Shown one piece after another: positions 38,744 through 54,080 of a stretch of 64,000 nt of DNA. Source of the stretch: Eledone cirrhosa (lineage: Eukaryota); NCBI GenBank assembly GCA_964016885.1, contig OZ024757.1:15500001-15564000 (forward strand), written 5' to 3'. Within the stretch, counting starts at the first letter, position 1; the number at the start of each line of letters is the position of its first letter. The translations under genes were made by a program, and so were the position numbers. Under the pieces are notes generated by a model. That model did not search any database. It was not told the origin of the DNA and saw only the letters and a program-made list of their open reading frames with translations.

Positions 38744-39357
38744 GTAGGTGTCACGAGAAAAAACACACAGTCCACGCTGTAATGTGGCCGTGTAGGTAGC
38801 ACGGTAAAAAGTTCCCAGTTCCACACTGTAAATGTGGTTGGTGTTAGGAAGGGCATCCAGCCATAGAAAACCTGCCAGATAGTCCTATATGAGCGAGACA
38901 CGGTCACCCGACCAACCTTGCCGCAAGTGGGACAACTCCCGTCTAACCCATGCTAGCGTGGAAAGTGAACGTTAAACAAGGATGATGATGATGATGATAT
39001 ATATATATATATATATATATCATCATCATCATCATTTTACGTCCACTTTTCCCTGCTTGCAAGGGTGGGACGGGAACCGATTCTGGCTTGATTTCTACAG
39101 CTGGATGCCCTTCCTAACACCAACCTCATTTACAGTGAGTGCTGGGTGCTTTTTTGTCGTGGCACCCCCACAACCACTTTGCAGTGGAATGATAGGGATC
39201 CCAGTCCCTATCATCTCATTTCTACAGCTGAGTAAACTGGAGCATTGTGAAATAAAGTGTCTTGCTCAAGGAAACAACACATCACCTGGTCTGAGAATTG
39301 AACTCACAACCTTTCGATTGCAAGGCCAATGCTCTAACCACTAAGCCATGTGCCTCC
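38744..39357. mobile_element. Tail-to-tail pair: RTE-A 3' UTR fragment (+, 38744-38998) and chimeric SINE copy 5 (-, 39018-39357)
   Basis: Junction (GAT)n-(AT)n-(CAT)n. Confidence 0.85.
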
Positions 39358-39646
39358 ATATATATATATGTGTGTGTGTGTCTGATGGTAGCTAAGATGC
39401 TTCCATAGGCGGTATGCCGGTTGAGCAGTCTATGCAATATATATATTTATATATATGATATGTACTCTACCGGGAGTGACTTTCTAATCTCCAAGCTATT
39501 CACCCTAAACCATTGAAAGTGGTGCCCTAATATGTTCACAGTCCAATGACTGAAACCAGTTTAATATTAATACTAAAAAAATATTCCATGACAAATAACT
39601 ATAAAGAAAGTTATGACAGAGAGTGTCATTCATTTAAAGTGATAAA

Positions 39647-39741
39647 TACCCCAAAATGTATACATACTTCAACACCATTCTAATAAATATTGCTTGTGCA
39701 GGTAATCAAAATGTGTATACATTTTTGGGGGACACCCTGTA
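39647..39741. mobile_element. Tc1/mariner-type MITE remnant
   Basis: CCCCAAAATGTATACA...TGTATACATTTTTGGGGGACACCCTG-TA. Confidence 0.5.
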
Positions 39742-39760
39742 TATATATATATATATATAT

Positions 39761-39958
39761 AAACAAAGAGGATGTGGTAAGATACCAGGTGGACCATAAC
39801 ACGCCGGAATACTCAATACTTTGGGTAGTAGAGTGCATAATATGAAAACATTCAGGACCCCGATGGCTAAGCTAGATCCGAACTAAGCCGGGCTTAGTTC
39901 GGATCTAGCTGTCGAAACAGCTGGAGCTCAGCCATCGGGGTCCTGAATCTTTACATAT
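39761..39958 (-). mobile_element. Snap-back element family F1
   Basis: Body AATACTCAATACTTTGGGTAGTAGAGTG; foldback centred on AGCTAGATCCGAACTAAGCC-G-GGCTTAGTTCGGATCTAGCT. Confidence 0.8.
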
Positions 39959-40007
39959 ATATATATATGCAGATTATATTTATATATATATTATTATATA
40001 TTTATAT

Positions 40008-40378
40008 ATCATTCATCATCATCATTTCATTTTACGTCCGCTTTTCCTTGCTTGCAAGGGTGGGACGGGAACTGATTCTGGCTTGATTTCTACAGCTGGA
40101 TGCCCTTCCTAACACCAACCTCATTTACAGTGAGTGCTGGGGGCTTTTTTTCTGTGGCGCCTCCACTTCCACTTTACAGTGTCAGCTGGGTGCTTTTTTG
40201 CCGTGGCACCTCCACGACCACTTTGCAGTGGAATGATAGGGACCCCAGCTGAGTGAACTGGAGCATTGTGAAATAAAGTGTCTTGCTCAAGGAAACAACA
40301 CATCAACCGGTCTGAGAATTGAACTCACAACCTTTTGATTGCAAGGCCAATACTCTAACCACTAAGTCATGTGCCTCC
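40008..40378 (-). mobile_element. Chimeric SINE copy 6 (variant with internal duplication and deletion)
   Basis: Same head and tail as the other copies, with an extra CACTTTACAGTG...GCTGGGTGC unit. Confidence 0.85.
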
Positions 40379-41019
40379 ATATATATATATATACATAACA
40401 TCATCATTATTGTTGTTTTAACATGTACCTTCCCTGCTAGCAAGTGTTGGATGTGTCTACCTATACCAATTCAGTACTGAAGCATAACTTTAAACATCAG
40501 CTTAACCTTTTTGTTACTCTATATCAGGGGTCGGTAACCCCCCGGCCCGCTGTCCACACAGTTTTCAGTTGCCACTTTTCCCTAAGTCTGTCTCATAAGA
40601 GAAAACATGTGATAAAAAGAATTTTAGCACTATCATCTCTAACCCAGAGATATGAACCTAGACTGTGTGGATGAACATTCTCAGGTGTCTGAGAGCCCAT
40701 GCATATGAGAGCTTTCGGCCCCATCAGACAGAATGGAGAAAAACATACTGTTATTTTGTGAAAATAGTTGGAAAAGCAAAGCTATTTATCACCAACATAT
40801 GGCTTCACCTAGCTGACACAATTTTCATACATTTTTGAGATTTATTCATCAGTTGCAGGCAGTAATACACAATGAATCTTCTTACATTAAATAGTCTTAA
40901 CTGAATTGTTAAAATAAGCTCCTTAAATGGCTTGTACACTATCTTCAATGAATATGTATAAATGTCTGCTGCAGAGCATTGTTAGCCAATATATAAATAT
41001 ATATTTATACACACACATA

Positions 41020-41060
<41 letters not shown>

Positions 41061-41539
41061 GCAAACACACGTGTGTGTATATATATATATATACACACAT
41101 ACACACACACATATATACGTATAGCCCTTATTTAATGATGTCCTCACTTTCTAAATAAGCCCTTTCCTATTTCTTTACAGAGACTACATGTCTCGTATTA
41201 ACCCTTGTGACATCAATATGGCCAAAGCTGGCTTTGGCTCTATGATGCAAAGCTGCTTATTTTAACCTTTTTTCAAACCAAGCCGGCTAAAACCAGCTCT
41301 GCTTCTATGAAACAAAACTACCCAGTATAAAGGATTTTTATTATTTATTTATTTATTTACGATATAACAGTGAATTAGCAGTATCTGTAGAGGGGTGGAA
41401 ACCATGCTTTCCAGCGTAGTTTCGTCCCTTTACATCCAGAGTTCAAATCTCGCCGAGGTTAACTTTGCCTTTCATCCTTACGGGGTCGATAAAATAAAGT
41501 ACCAGTAATGTATATATATATGTATTTTTTGTATGTGTG

Positions 41540-42112
41540 TGTAATATATTCTGTGGAATACTCAGCCATTTAGACTATAATACAAGGTAGACAGTACTTC
41601 AAAGAGCCTTGTCATGCTGAATCTCCCTGAGAACTACATTATTGAAAAATATGTCAGTAGAATGCTCAGCAACTTACACTATAATACAAGATGGATTGTA
41701 CTTGTATTCAAAAGACAAGCCTTGTCACTGAATCTCCCTGAGAATTACATAAAGGGTCATGTGTCAGTGAAACACTCAACAAACAACAGAATCATTCATT
41801 GTTAAAACTGAATCTTCCTGAGAATTCCATTAAAAGTGATGTGTCAGTGAAATATTCAACAAATAACAGAATCAATCATTGTTAAAAAAGAATCTTCCTG
41901 AGGATTACATTAAGGGTAAATGTGTCTGTGAAACACTCACTGTAAAAACTGAATCTCCCTTAGAATTACATAAAGGGTACATGTGTCTGTGAAACACTCA
42001 TTGTTAACACTGAATCTCCCTTAGAATTATACTAAGGGTACATATGTCTGTAAAACACTCAGCAAACAACAGAAACACTCATTGTTAAAACTGAATCTCC
42101 CTGAGAATTCCA
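41540..42112 (+). repeat. Diverged tandem array of a SINE-tail-like unit (CTGAATCTCCCTGAGAA...)
   Basis: About seven units of 60-110 bp. A single copy terminates the SINE at ~52995. Confidence 0.7.
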
Positions 42113-42155
42113 TTTCATATCCTCCAAACAATATATCTACCCCCATTTCTCTCAC

Positions 42156-44424
42156 TCTCCAACATCTAACGCTTCTCCCACATCTAACCCTTCTCTCACA
42201 TCTAATCCTTCTCCCACATCTAACCCTGCTCCCACATCTAACGCTTCTCCCACATCTAACCATTCTCCCACATCTAACGCTTCTCCCACATCTAACCCTT
42301 CTCTCACATCTAATCCTTCTCCCACATCTAACCCTGCTCCCACATCTAGCCCTTCTTCCGCATCTAACCCTTCTCCCACATCTAACCCTTCTCTCACATC
42401 TAACCCTTCTCTCACATCTAACCCTTCTCCCACATTTAACCCTTCTCCCGCATCTAACCCTTCTCCCGCATCTAACCATTCTCTTACATCTAACCCTTCT
42501 CCCACATCTAACCCTTCTCCCACATCTAACCCTTCTCTCACATCTAACACTTCTCTCACATCTAACCCTTCTCTCACATCTAACCCTTCTCCCACATCTA
42601 ACCCTTCTCTCACATCTAACCCTTCTCCCACAACTAACCCTTCTCCCACATCTAACCCTTCTCCCACAACTAACCCTTCTCCCACATCTAACCCTTCTCC
42701 CACATCTAACCCTTCTCCCACATCTAACCCTTCTCCCACATCTAACCCTTCTCTCACATCTAACCCTTCTCCCACATCTAACCGTTCTCCCACATCTAAC
42801 CCTTCTCCCACATCTAACCCTTCTCCCGCATCTAACCCTTCTCCCACATCTAATCCTTCTCCTACATCTAACCCTTCTCCCACATCTAACCCTTCTCCCA
42901 CATCTAACCCTTCTCTCACATCTATCCCTTCTCTCGCATCTAACTCTTCTTCCGACTAACCCTTCTCCCGCATCTAACCCTTCTCCCACATCTAACCCTT
43001 CTCCCACATCTAACCCTTCTCCCACATCTAACCCTTCTCCCACATTTAACCCTTCTCTCACATCTAACCCTTCTCCCACATCTAACCCTTCTCCCACATC
43101 TAACCCATCTCCAACATCTAACCCTTCTCCCACATCTAACCCATCTCCCACATCTAACCCTTCTCCCGCATCTAACCCTTCTCCCGCATCTAACCCTTCT
43201 CCAACAACTAACCCTTCTCTCACATCTAACCCTTCTCGCACATCTAACCCTTCTCCCACATCTAACCCTTCTCTCACATCTAACCCTTCTCCCACATCTA
43301 ACCCTTCTCTCACATCTAACCCTTCTCTCACATCTAACCCTTCTCTCACATCTAACCCTTCTCCCACATCTAACCCTTCTCCCACATTTAACACTTCTCT
43401 CACATCTAACCCTTCTCCCACATCTAACCCTTCTCCCACATCTAACCCATCTCCAACATCTAACCCTTCTCCCACATCTAACCCATCTCCCCCATCTCCC
43501 ACATCTAACCCTTGTCCCACATCTAACCCATCTCCCCCATCTCCCACATCTAACCCTTGTCCCACATCTAACCCATCTCCCACATCTAACCCATCTCTCA
43601 CATCTAACCCTTCTCTCACATCTAACCCTTCTCCCACATCTAACCCATCTCTCACATCTAACCCTTCTCCCACATCTAACCATTCTCTCACATCTAACCC
43701 TTCTCTCACATCTAACCCTTCTCCCACATTTAACCCTTCTCCCACATCTAACTCTTCTCTCACATCTAACCCTTCTCCCACATCTAACCCTTCTTCCACA
43801 TCTAACCCATCTCCCACATCTAACCCTTCTCCCACATCTAACCCTTCTTCCACATCTAACCCATCTCCCACATCTAACCCTTCTCCCACATCTAACCTCT
43901 AACCCTTCTCTCACATCTAACCCTTCTCCCACATCTAACCCTTCTCTCACATCTAACCCATCTCCCACATCTAACCCTTCTCTCACATCTAACCCTTCGC
44001 CCACATCTAACCCTTCTCCCACATCTAACCCTTCCCCCACATCTAACCCTTCTCCCACATCTAACCCTTCTCCCACATCTAACCCTTCTCCAACATCTAA
44101 CCCTTCTCTCACATCTAACCCTTCTCCAGCATCTAACCCTTCTCCCACATCTAACCCTTCTCCCACATCTAACCCTGCTCCCACATCTAACTCTTCTCTC
44201 ACATCTAACCCTTCTCCCACATCTAACCCTTCTCTCACACCTAACCCTTCTTCCACATCTAACCCATCTCCCACATCTAACCCTTCTCCCACATCTAACC
44301 TCTAACCCTTCTCTCACATCTAACCCTTCTCCCACATCTAACCCTTCTCTCACATCTAACCCTTCTCCTGCCTCTAACCCTTCTACCACATCTAACCCTT
44401 CTCCCACATCTAACCCTTCTCCCA
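42156..44424. repeat. 18-bp minisatellite CCCACATCTAACCCTTCT containing the telomeric hexamer CTAACC/TAACCC
   Basis: About 125 tandem units. Confidence 0.95.
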
Positions 44425-44768
44425 CTCCCACTTAGAAGAATAAGATATGCTTCATTAAAGCGAACCACTCCTGGATATTGGTTATTTCAAGATCAAATTA
44501 ATATAAAGAAGAGGATATGTTTAGTTTGAGATGGTAACCTGACTATTTACAGATGACATGAAAGACCCACCAACTTGATACCTTAAGTAGGATGGGGGGA
44601 GGGGATTGGGGGTATGGGGAGGTTATAAAGCCTTTTTACTAGACAAAAAACAACAAAATTTGATATGAACACATTACACACACACACATAACATACATCA
44701 CACACAGAACACATTTAATACACACATACAACACATATACATAAGATACTTACATAAGATATATACAT

Positions 44769-44817
<49 letters not shown>

Positions 44818-45579
44818 CATAAATACATATATCACATGGTGGCTGCCAACTCGTTTTCGAGTACGGCCACTACTTTATATCCATGTAGGAGAACCCCTAC
44901 CGATATGCTGAACGAGTGTGACTTTTTAGTCCAGCCACCGACTTGTAAACTCTGGTACAAACACTACACTTGTGACAATTATTGACACATAGTGCTGGGC
45001 CCATGGTACCATGTGACAACAAGTGCAGAGAGATCTCCAGATATAAAGCAATGCCTGTGCCGTGAAGCTTTTATAGTGAGCAAAGGCACTGCACAAAGCC
45101 AGTCCCACTCTCTTAACCAAGATGATATTTACCAAAAAGAAGAACAAGTCAACATCATTGGATACGATCAGGGTTGCAGGTGTTATATCAGAGTTTTCCT
45201 TCTCCTAGAATTCTGCGTTGACAAAGGCTAAGGAGTCATCTCTCCCGGTGATTTTGGATGGCCACATATATCACATACATACATACAAACATACTACATA
45301 CATACTATATACATATATACATACATACATACTATATACATACATAATATAACATACAAACATACTACATTCATACATACTATATACATATATACATACA
45401 TACATACTATATACATACATACATACTATATACATACATACTATATACGTACATATATACATACAAACATATCATAACATACAAACATACTACATACATA
45501 CATACTACATACATACATACTATATACATACATACTATATACATACATACTATATACATACATACATACATCACATAAA

Positions 45580-47410
45580 AATAATTATTATATAAAATTA
45601 TGTCAGAAGATTTTAATTTAAATAAGAACACATTAAAATGGTTGGGTATTTATTTTCATTGAACCTGAGCTTATTTTGCCTGTATTGGTATTAAAAACCG
45701 TTAATGAAGAATTCGAAGAGATTTACCAAAATTATTAATTATTTCATTAGTTAGATCATAACTTATATGTTTCTTACATAACATTTTGTTGAAAGATTCA
45801 AAATTGAACCCTTTCATTACCATATATCTTATTACAAATGCATGCACTCCCGTACTTATGGTTGTTATATAACATTATGTTGGAAGATTTTTATTTAAAT
45901 AGGAACCCTTTAAAACAGGTTGTTTTCTTTCATAAAACCAGAGTTAGGTTTGGCTGGGTTGGTATAAAAAGATTTAATGAAGAACTTTGAGTGATTTACT
46001 AGAATTATTAATTAGTTCATTACTAAATCTGTGATTTAACATATGGTCCTTATGTAAAACTATGTTGGGAAATTTAAAATGTAACCCTTTTATTACCATG
46101 TTTCTAATTATCTACAATATATTTCAATTAATTAATTGTTTCTACTTTTGGCACAAGGCCAGCAATTACCCAGAACATTACTGGTACTTTATTTTATCGA
46201 CCCCGTAAGGATGAAAGGCAAAGTTGACCTCGGCGGGATAATGATGAATTTGCAGTGATATATTAAAATTTCATTACGAACAATGCAGTGCTCCAGTATG
46301 GCCTCAAACTGACAGCTGCAACACATGATAGAGTAACAGAGTAACATGCTATTTGTAACATGACATAGCAAGGATTTTATATATAAAATTATGTTGGAAG
46401 GTTTTGATTTAAATAAGAACCCTTTAAAATTGGTGATTTTGTTTCATAGAAGCTGACCTGGGTTTGTATCAAAAGAGTTAATGAAGAATTTTGAAGGATT
46501 TACTAAAATTTCCTGACTAATATTGTATGTGTAATATAATATAGCAACGGTTTTATACATAAAATTATGTTGGAAGGTTTTGATTAAACTAAGAACCCTT
46601 TAAAATGGGCGGCTTTGTTTCAAAGAAGCAAATCTGGGTTGGTATCAAAAGGGTCAATGAAGAAATTTGAAGATCTTTACTAAAATTATCAGTTATGTCA
46701 TTATTACTATTAAGATAGTATTCGTAACAAATTTTTCTTATATAAAATTAATATTTTTAGCTTGTCTATGCGTTTTTTGTCTTCCCCTATTTTGTATCTA
46801 TCTTGTTTTTGTTTCTTAACTGTAAGGGGTACCAGATATCTCTCCTAGTCTATCATTGATTACTAGCTCTATACAGACGTTTAGATTGGTTAAGTATATA
46901 AATAAATAACAAATAGAAACCGTTTAAAATGAAGGATTTTCTTTCATAGAAGCAGATGTGGTTTTGACAAGGTTTATTTTAATGAAGAATTTGGAGGTAT
47001 TTACTAAAATTACCAATTATGTCATTATTGAAATAGAAATAGAAGCTTTGCCATAATATTTGACCAAATAATATAGTCTAATATTGGAGCATATAAACCC
47101 ACTGAATGGATAAAATGGGTATCAGCACACAAGTTCATATATAGAATTAATATTTTTATCTTATTTAAGCTTCTTTTGTCTTACCCTATTTTTTCTCTAT
47201 CTGTCAATCTTGTTTTGGTTTTTTAACTGTAAGAGATACCAGATACCTCTCCTAGTCTGTCATTGCTTACTAGCTCTATACAGACGTTGAGATTGGTTAA
47301 GTAAATAAATAAATAATAAATAAATAAATAAATACAAAACCCTTAAAAAATTAGGGATTTCGTTTGATAGAAACAGAGCCGGTTTGTGGGTGGGTTGGCA
47401 TCAAAACGTG
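45580..47410. repeat. Diverged AT-rich tandem array related to MITE-like sequence
   Basis: Recurring AATTATGTTGGAAGGTTTTGATTTAAATAAGAACCCTTTAAAAT...AAAAGAGTTAATGAAGAATTT...TTTACTAAAATT; 46745-46920 duplicates 47145-47345. Confidence 0.65.
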
Positions 47411-47626
47411 ATGTATTTCTAACAAGGTCTACTACAGCTACGACAGCTGAATTTGATCTTGTATAAGAGAGAAATCAGAAACATTATCATATATTAGTTT
47501 TAGTAGCATCACCAGCAGCACCCGCAGCAGTAGGTGTAGCAGTGATGGCAGCAGCAGCAGCAGTAGCTGCAGTAGTAACAACAAGAGTAGTAGTTGTAAT
47601 AATAGTGATAGTACTAGCATTTAATG

Positions 47627-47660
<34 letters not shown>

Positions 47661-48153
47661 CTGCAGTAGTAACAACAAGAGTAGTAGTTGTAGTAATAGT
47701 GATAGTACTAGCATTTCATTGTAGTAGTAGTAGTAGTAGTAGTAATGGTGGTGTAACTGGTGGTGGTGGTGGTAGCTATAATGGTGGTGTAACTAGTGGT
47801 GGTAGTAGTAGTTATGGTGGTAGTAGTTATGGTGGTAGTAGTAGTAGTAATGTTGGTAATAGTAATAGTAGTTACGCTGGTAGTAGTTGTAGAGGTAGTG
47901 GTAGTAGTAGTAGTGGTGATGGTAGTAGTGACGGTAGTAGTAGTGATGGTAGTAGTGGTGATGGTAGTAGTAGTGGTGGTAGTAGTAGTGGTGATAGTAG
48001 TAGTGGTGATAGTAGTAGTGGTGATAGTAGTAGTGGTGATAGTAGTAGTGATGGTAGTAGTAGTGGTGGTAGTAGTAGTGGTGATAAGTAGCAATAGCAA
48101 GTGAAATTTCCACTGTAAAAAGTGACGGAGAGAACACACATATATATATATAT

Positions 48154-48208
<55 letters not shown>

Positions 48209-48291
48209 CACATATATATATATATATACACATATATATATATATATACACATATATATATATATATATACACATATATATATATATACAC

Positions 48292-48322
<31 letters not shown>

Positions 48323-48590
48323 CACATATATATATATACACACATATATATATATACACATATATATATATACACATATATATATATACACACATATATA
48401 TATACACATATATATATATACACATATATATATATATACACATATATATATATACATATACACATATATATATATATATATACATATACACATATATATA
48501 TATACATATACACATATATATATATACATATACACATATATATATATATACATATACACATATATATATATATACATATACATATACACA

Positions 48591-48622
<32 letters not shown>

Positions 48623-48860
48623 CACATACATATATATATAAATACACACATATATATATATATATACACACATATATATATATACAAATATACACATATA
48701 TATATATATTTATACACATATATATATATATATAATATATATATACAAATATATATATATATACACACACACACACATATATATATATACAAATATATAT
48801 ATACAAATATACACATATATATATATATATATAAATATATATATACAAATATATATATAT

Positions 48861-48896
<36 letters not shown>

Positions 48897-48897
48897 G

Positions 48898-48989
<92 letters not shown>

Positions 48990-49061
48990 TATAGTTCACT
49001 CCTGACACTGTAGCTTCGCATCAGAGAACTGCTGTCATGTGCTGTGAGTGGCAGTGGCTGG

Positions 49062-51148
49062 TCATAACCATCACCATCACCATCATCATCACCACAACCA
49101 TCACTATTATCATCATCATCACCATCACCACCACCACCATCATCACCATCACCATCACCACAACCATCACCACCACCACCATCATCACCATCACCACAAC
49201 CATCACTATTATCATCACCATCACCACAACCATAACCATCACCATCACCACAACCATCACCACAACCATCACCGTCACCATCACCATCACCATCACCACA
49301 ACCATCACCGTCACCACAACCATCACCACAACCATCACCACAACCATCACTATTATCATCATCATCACCATCACCACCACCACCATCATCACCATCACCA
49401 TCACCACAACCATCACCATCACCATCACCATCACCACCATCATCACCATCACCATCACCACAACCATCACTATTATCATCACCATCACCACAACCATAAC
49501 CATCACCACAACCATCACCATCACCACAACCATCACCATCACCATCACCATCACTATTATCATCACCATCACCATCACCACAACCATCACTATTATCATC
49601 ACCACCACCATCACCACCATCACCATCACCACAACCATCACTATTATCCTCACTATCACCACAACCATCAATATCATCATCATCATCATCCTCATCATCC
49701 CCAATACCATCTTCATTACCATCACCACCACCAACACCACAATCACCACCAACACCACCACAACTACCACCACCACCACCACCACAATCACCACCACCAA
49801 CACCACCACAACTACCACCACCACCACCACCACAATCACCACCACCAACACCACCACAACTACCACCACCACCACCACCACAATCACCATCAACACCACC
49901 ACCACAACTACCACCACCACCAACACCACCACAACTACCACCACAACCACCACCACAATCACCATCAACACCACCACCACAACTACCACCACCACCACAA
50001 TCACCATCAACACCACCACCACAACTACCACCACCACCAACACCACCACAACTACCACCACCACCACCACCACCACAATCACCACCACCAACACCACCAC
50101 AACTACCACCACCACCACCACCACAATCACCATCAACACCACCACCACAACTACCACCACCACCAACACCACCACAACTACCACCACCACCACCACCACA
50201 ATCACCATCAACACCACCACCACAACTACCACCACCACCAACACCACCACAACTACCACCACCACCACCACCACCACCACAATCACCATCAACACCACCA
50301 CCACAACTACCACCACCACCAACACCACCACAACTACCACCACCACCACCACCACAATCACCACCAACACCACCACCACCACAACTACCACCACCACACA
50401 CACCACCACAATCACCAACAACACCACCACCACAATCACCAACAACACCACCACCACAGTCACCACCAACACCACCACCACCACAATCACCATCGACACC
50501 ACCACCACCACCACCACAATCACCACCAACGCCACCACCACAACTACCACCAACACCACCACAATCACCACCACAATTACCACCACCACCACCACAATCA
50601 CCACCACCACCACCACCACAATCACCACCACCACCACCACCACAACTACCACCAACACCACCACAACTACCACCACCACCACCACAATCACCACCACAAT
50701 CACCACTACCACCACCACCACAACTACCACCACCACCACCACAATCACCACCACCACCGCCGCCACCACAAACACCACCACCACCACCACAATCACCACC
50801 AACACCACCACAATCACCACCACCACCACAATCACCATCAACACCACAACTACCACCACCACCAACACAATCACCACCAACACCACAATCACCATCAACA
50901 CCACCACAATCACCACCAACACCACCACCACAACTACCACCACCACCACAATCACCACCAACACCACCACCACCACCATCACCACCAACACAACACCACC
51001 ACCACAATCACCACCACCACCACCACTACAATCACCATCAACACCACCACAACTACCACCAACACCACCACAATCACCAACACCACCACCACCACCACCA
51101 CCACCACCAAAACGACCACCACAATCACCACCACCACCACCACTACAA
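49062..51148. repeat. (CAT)n grading into (CAC)n trinucleotide array with higher-order units
   Basis: Direct inspection. Confidence 0.95.
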
Positions 51149-51418
51149 TATTTCACATTAATATATAATGAAGATTTACTGCAAGCCACAGTGAATATCA
51201 ATAGAATATTGACAGTCACTGAGAATATATTTCCTAATAGTGATAATGATATCACTATATATGTATAGGTGTAGGTATATATGTGTGTGTGTGGGTATAT
51301 ATGTGTGTGTGTAGGTGTGTGTGTATGTGTGTAGGTATATATAAATATATACCTACACATACACACACACATATTTGCATTGCTTTATTGTGCTACAATA
51401 AAACTCACCTCCTATATT

Positions 51419-51755
51419 ATCATCATTTCATCATTTCATTTTACGTCCGCTTTTTTCCCTGCTTGCAAGGGTGGGACGGGAACTGATTCTGGCTTGATTT
51501 CTACAGCTGGATGCCCTTCCTAACACCAACCTCATTTACAGTGAGTGCTGGGTGCTTTATTACCGTGGCACCTCCACGACCACTTTGCAGTGGAATGATA
51601 TGGACCCCAGTCCCTATCATCTCATTTCTACAGCTGAGTAAACTGGAGCAATGTGAAATAAAGTGTCTTGCTCAAGGAAACAACAGATCACCTGGTCTGA
51701 GAATTGAACTCACAACCTTTCGATTGCAAGGCCAATGCTCTAACCACTAAGCCAT
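51419..51755 (-). mobile_element. Chimeric SINE copy 7
   Basis: Near-identical to the other copies. Confidence 0.9.
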
Positions 51756-51768
51756 TATATATATATAT

Positions 51769-52431
51769 GTAAAAAATTAGAAATAAGAGGGATCAGATGT
51801 TGTTTACTCGAGAGAAGGCTACGTTGGTACGGACACGTGATGCGCATGAAAGTCGATAGCTGTATAACAAAGTGCAGGGCAATAAAGATAGACGGTAGCC
51901 ACGGAATAGGCCGACCTAGAAAATCCTGGGACGAGCTGATAAACTCCGACCTCACACACTTACACCTCTCCAAGACAATGTCACTGGACCGAGACCTTTG
52001 GCGGTACTCAGTAATAGAGAAGACCCGCCTTACCTAAATACAAAGTAAAACCTACTACAGTCAGTAGGCATCTCTATCAAAACACACCCCCGTCCCACTA
52101 CCCCCACCCCATCCACACCGCCCCTTTCAATGTAAAGTTATGTTGGTGCCACAACATCCAGGCCGAAACAAATGAGATCGTGTAGGTGTCACGACAAAAA
52201 AACACACAGTCCACGCTGTAATGTGACCGTGTAGGCAACACGGTAAAAACCTCCCAGCCCCACACTGTAAATGTGGTTGGTGTTAGGAAGGGCATCCAGC
52301 CGTAGAAAACCCGCCAGACAGTCCTATGCGAGCAAGACAATCACTCTTGCCTCAAGTGGGAATACCCCCGTCCAAACCCATGCAAGCGTGGAACACGGAC
52401 GTTAAACGTTGATGATGATGATGATGATGAT
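51769..52431 (+). mobile_element. RTE subfamily A 3' end
   Basis: Encodes KLEIRGIRCCLLERRLRWYGHVMRMK...KTRLT*, followed by the V-like UTR and (GAT)n. Confidence 0.9.
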
Positions 52432-53029
52432 ATATATACGTGTGTGTGTAGGTATATATATATATTTTTGTCCAAATCCCTCCATGGTTAGCTTTACCTC
52501 TCATCCTTACGGAGTCAATAAAATAAAGTACCAGTAACACATGTATGTAATATTGTTATCATCATGTTAAGTGTGGGAGATAGCCAGAATCGTTAGAGCA
52601 ATGGTCAAAATGTTCTGCCTCATTTGTTCCATATCCAATCAATTTAACTTTACTTTTCATCCTTCTAGGGTACAATAAAGTGAAGTACCAGTTATTTACT
52701 GAGGTTGATTTAATCGACTTCCACTCCCCATAAAATTGCTGGCCTTGTGCCTCAATTAGAAATCCTTATCATAGTGATAATGATATCTGTATGTGTGGTG
52801 AGAATGATACTTCTTGTCATGTGGCTTAGTGGTGAGGGTACAGGGGTCACAATTGCAAGGTTATGAGTTCAATTCCCAGGCTGAGTGGTGCAGTGTGACC
52901 TTGAGCAAGATACTTCATTTCACTTGGCTCCAGTTCACTCAATTGGAAAAAAAAAAAGTTGCACCTCTGATTTAAAGGGCCAGACTTGTCACACTGAATC
53001 TCCCTGAGAAATATGTTGCTGGTACCTAC

Positions 53030-53752
53030 AACCTACTTCATGGTCGAGTGGTTGGCCCCTAAACCAGCTCCCCCACCAGACCCTGGTCTGGTGAGGAGGG
53101 TAAGAGGAACCCCAACAACACAAAAATCACGAGCTGTTAAAAGGGTAGATGAACTCCTCAGATAATGGCCATTCACCCCAACTATGGGTTAAATAGCCTC
53201 ACCAATCCACAATCTGCCAAGCATGGTGAGTACAGCTACACACCTGACATGCCAAACCCATAGAGAAAGCAGTGGAGGTCAACCATGGAGGGTTTCTTCC
53301 AACAGGTGTGAGAATGGATTGGATTAGATATATATCTAGACTGTGTTAATTGGACGACAAGGTCACTTCAGAAGCTCTCTACATTCCAGAACCACATCAT
53401 GAGACTTATGACTGGCAAGCGGCTCAGCGACCGTATCTGTATCAGTGAGCTGCTCAACATTACTAGACTTAGACCAATTATATAAATTGTCAAGTCAAGA
53501 GTACTCAGACTTATATGGTCATATAAAAAGATCAACTCGTGGTGTGAGTAGGTTATGCCTGGAAGGAAGGTTGGCTGGTAAGAGAAGCTGAGGCCGGCAG
53601 CCAAAATGATGGCTTGATAATGTCAACTTATGGACTGGACTTGATCTTTGCACTTTAAACTCTGCTGTTGATCGAACTTTGTGGAGAAAAATATCTCATG
53701 TTGATGCGCATTCTGAAACTGGCAGAGTTTTGTGTCAAAGTAGTAAGTAGTA
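53030..53752 (+). mobile_element. Old, probably internally deleted RTE derivative
   Basis: The 3' part encodes decayed LRLYGHIKR...CLEGRLAGKRS*GRQPK*WLDNV...WTGL...DRTLWR and ends in an AAGTAGT-type tail. Confidence 0.6.
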
Positions 53753-54080
53753 TGTACCTGTAACTCTTGACGGAGTTTTAGGAATGCCATAATGACATAT
53801 GGTACGTCATGGGTATCTTAAACCTGGTGAAACCAATCCACTCTCCAGGTCTGAATGAAGCCTATTTCTCCTAGAGAAAGAAATAGAGAGGTGATAGACA
53901 GAAAGTGATATAGAGCTGAAGAAGAATCTTCCCAACCAATATTGAACTGGTACTTTCATATTTTCGAGGCTGAAAATATGAAAGGCAAAGCTAACTTCAT
54001 CAGGATTTGAACTTAGCACAGTGACTCAGAACAAATATCCAATATCCTACTTGCTGCCAAATATATATATATATATATTT

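Noticed and set aside
42027-44431. 450-620-aa repetitive ORFs (GEGLDV, SNPSPT, RRVRC)
   Set aside because: They are by-products of an 18-bp unit without stops in several frames, and frameshifts switch peptides mid-array.
48710-51372. 700+ aa Gly/Cys-, Val-, Thr- or His-rich ORFs
   Set aside because: A trinucleotide array open in most frames, running into TA repeats, with no splice or domain evidence.
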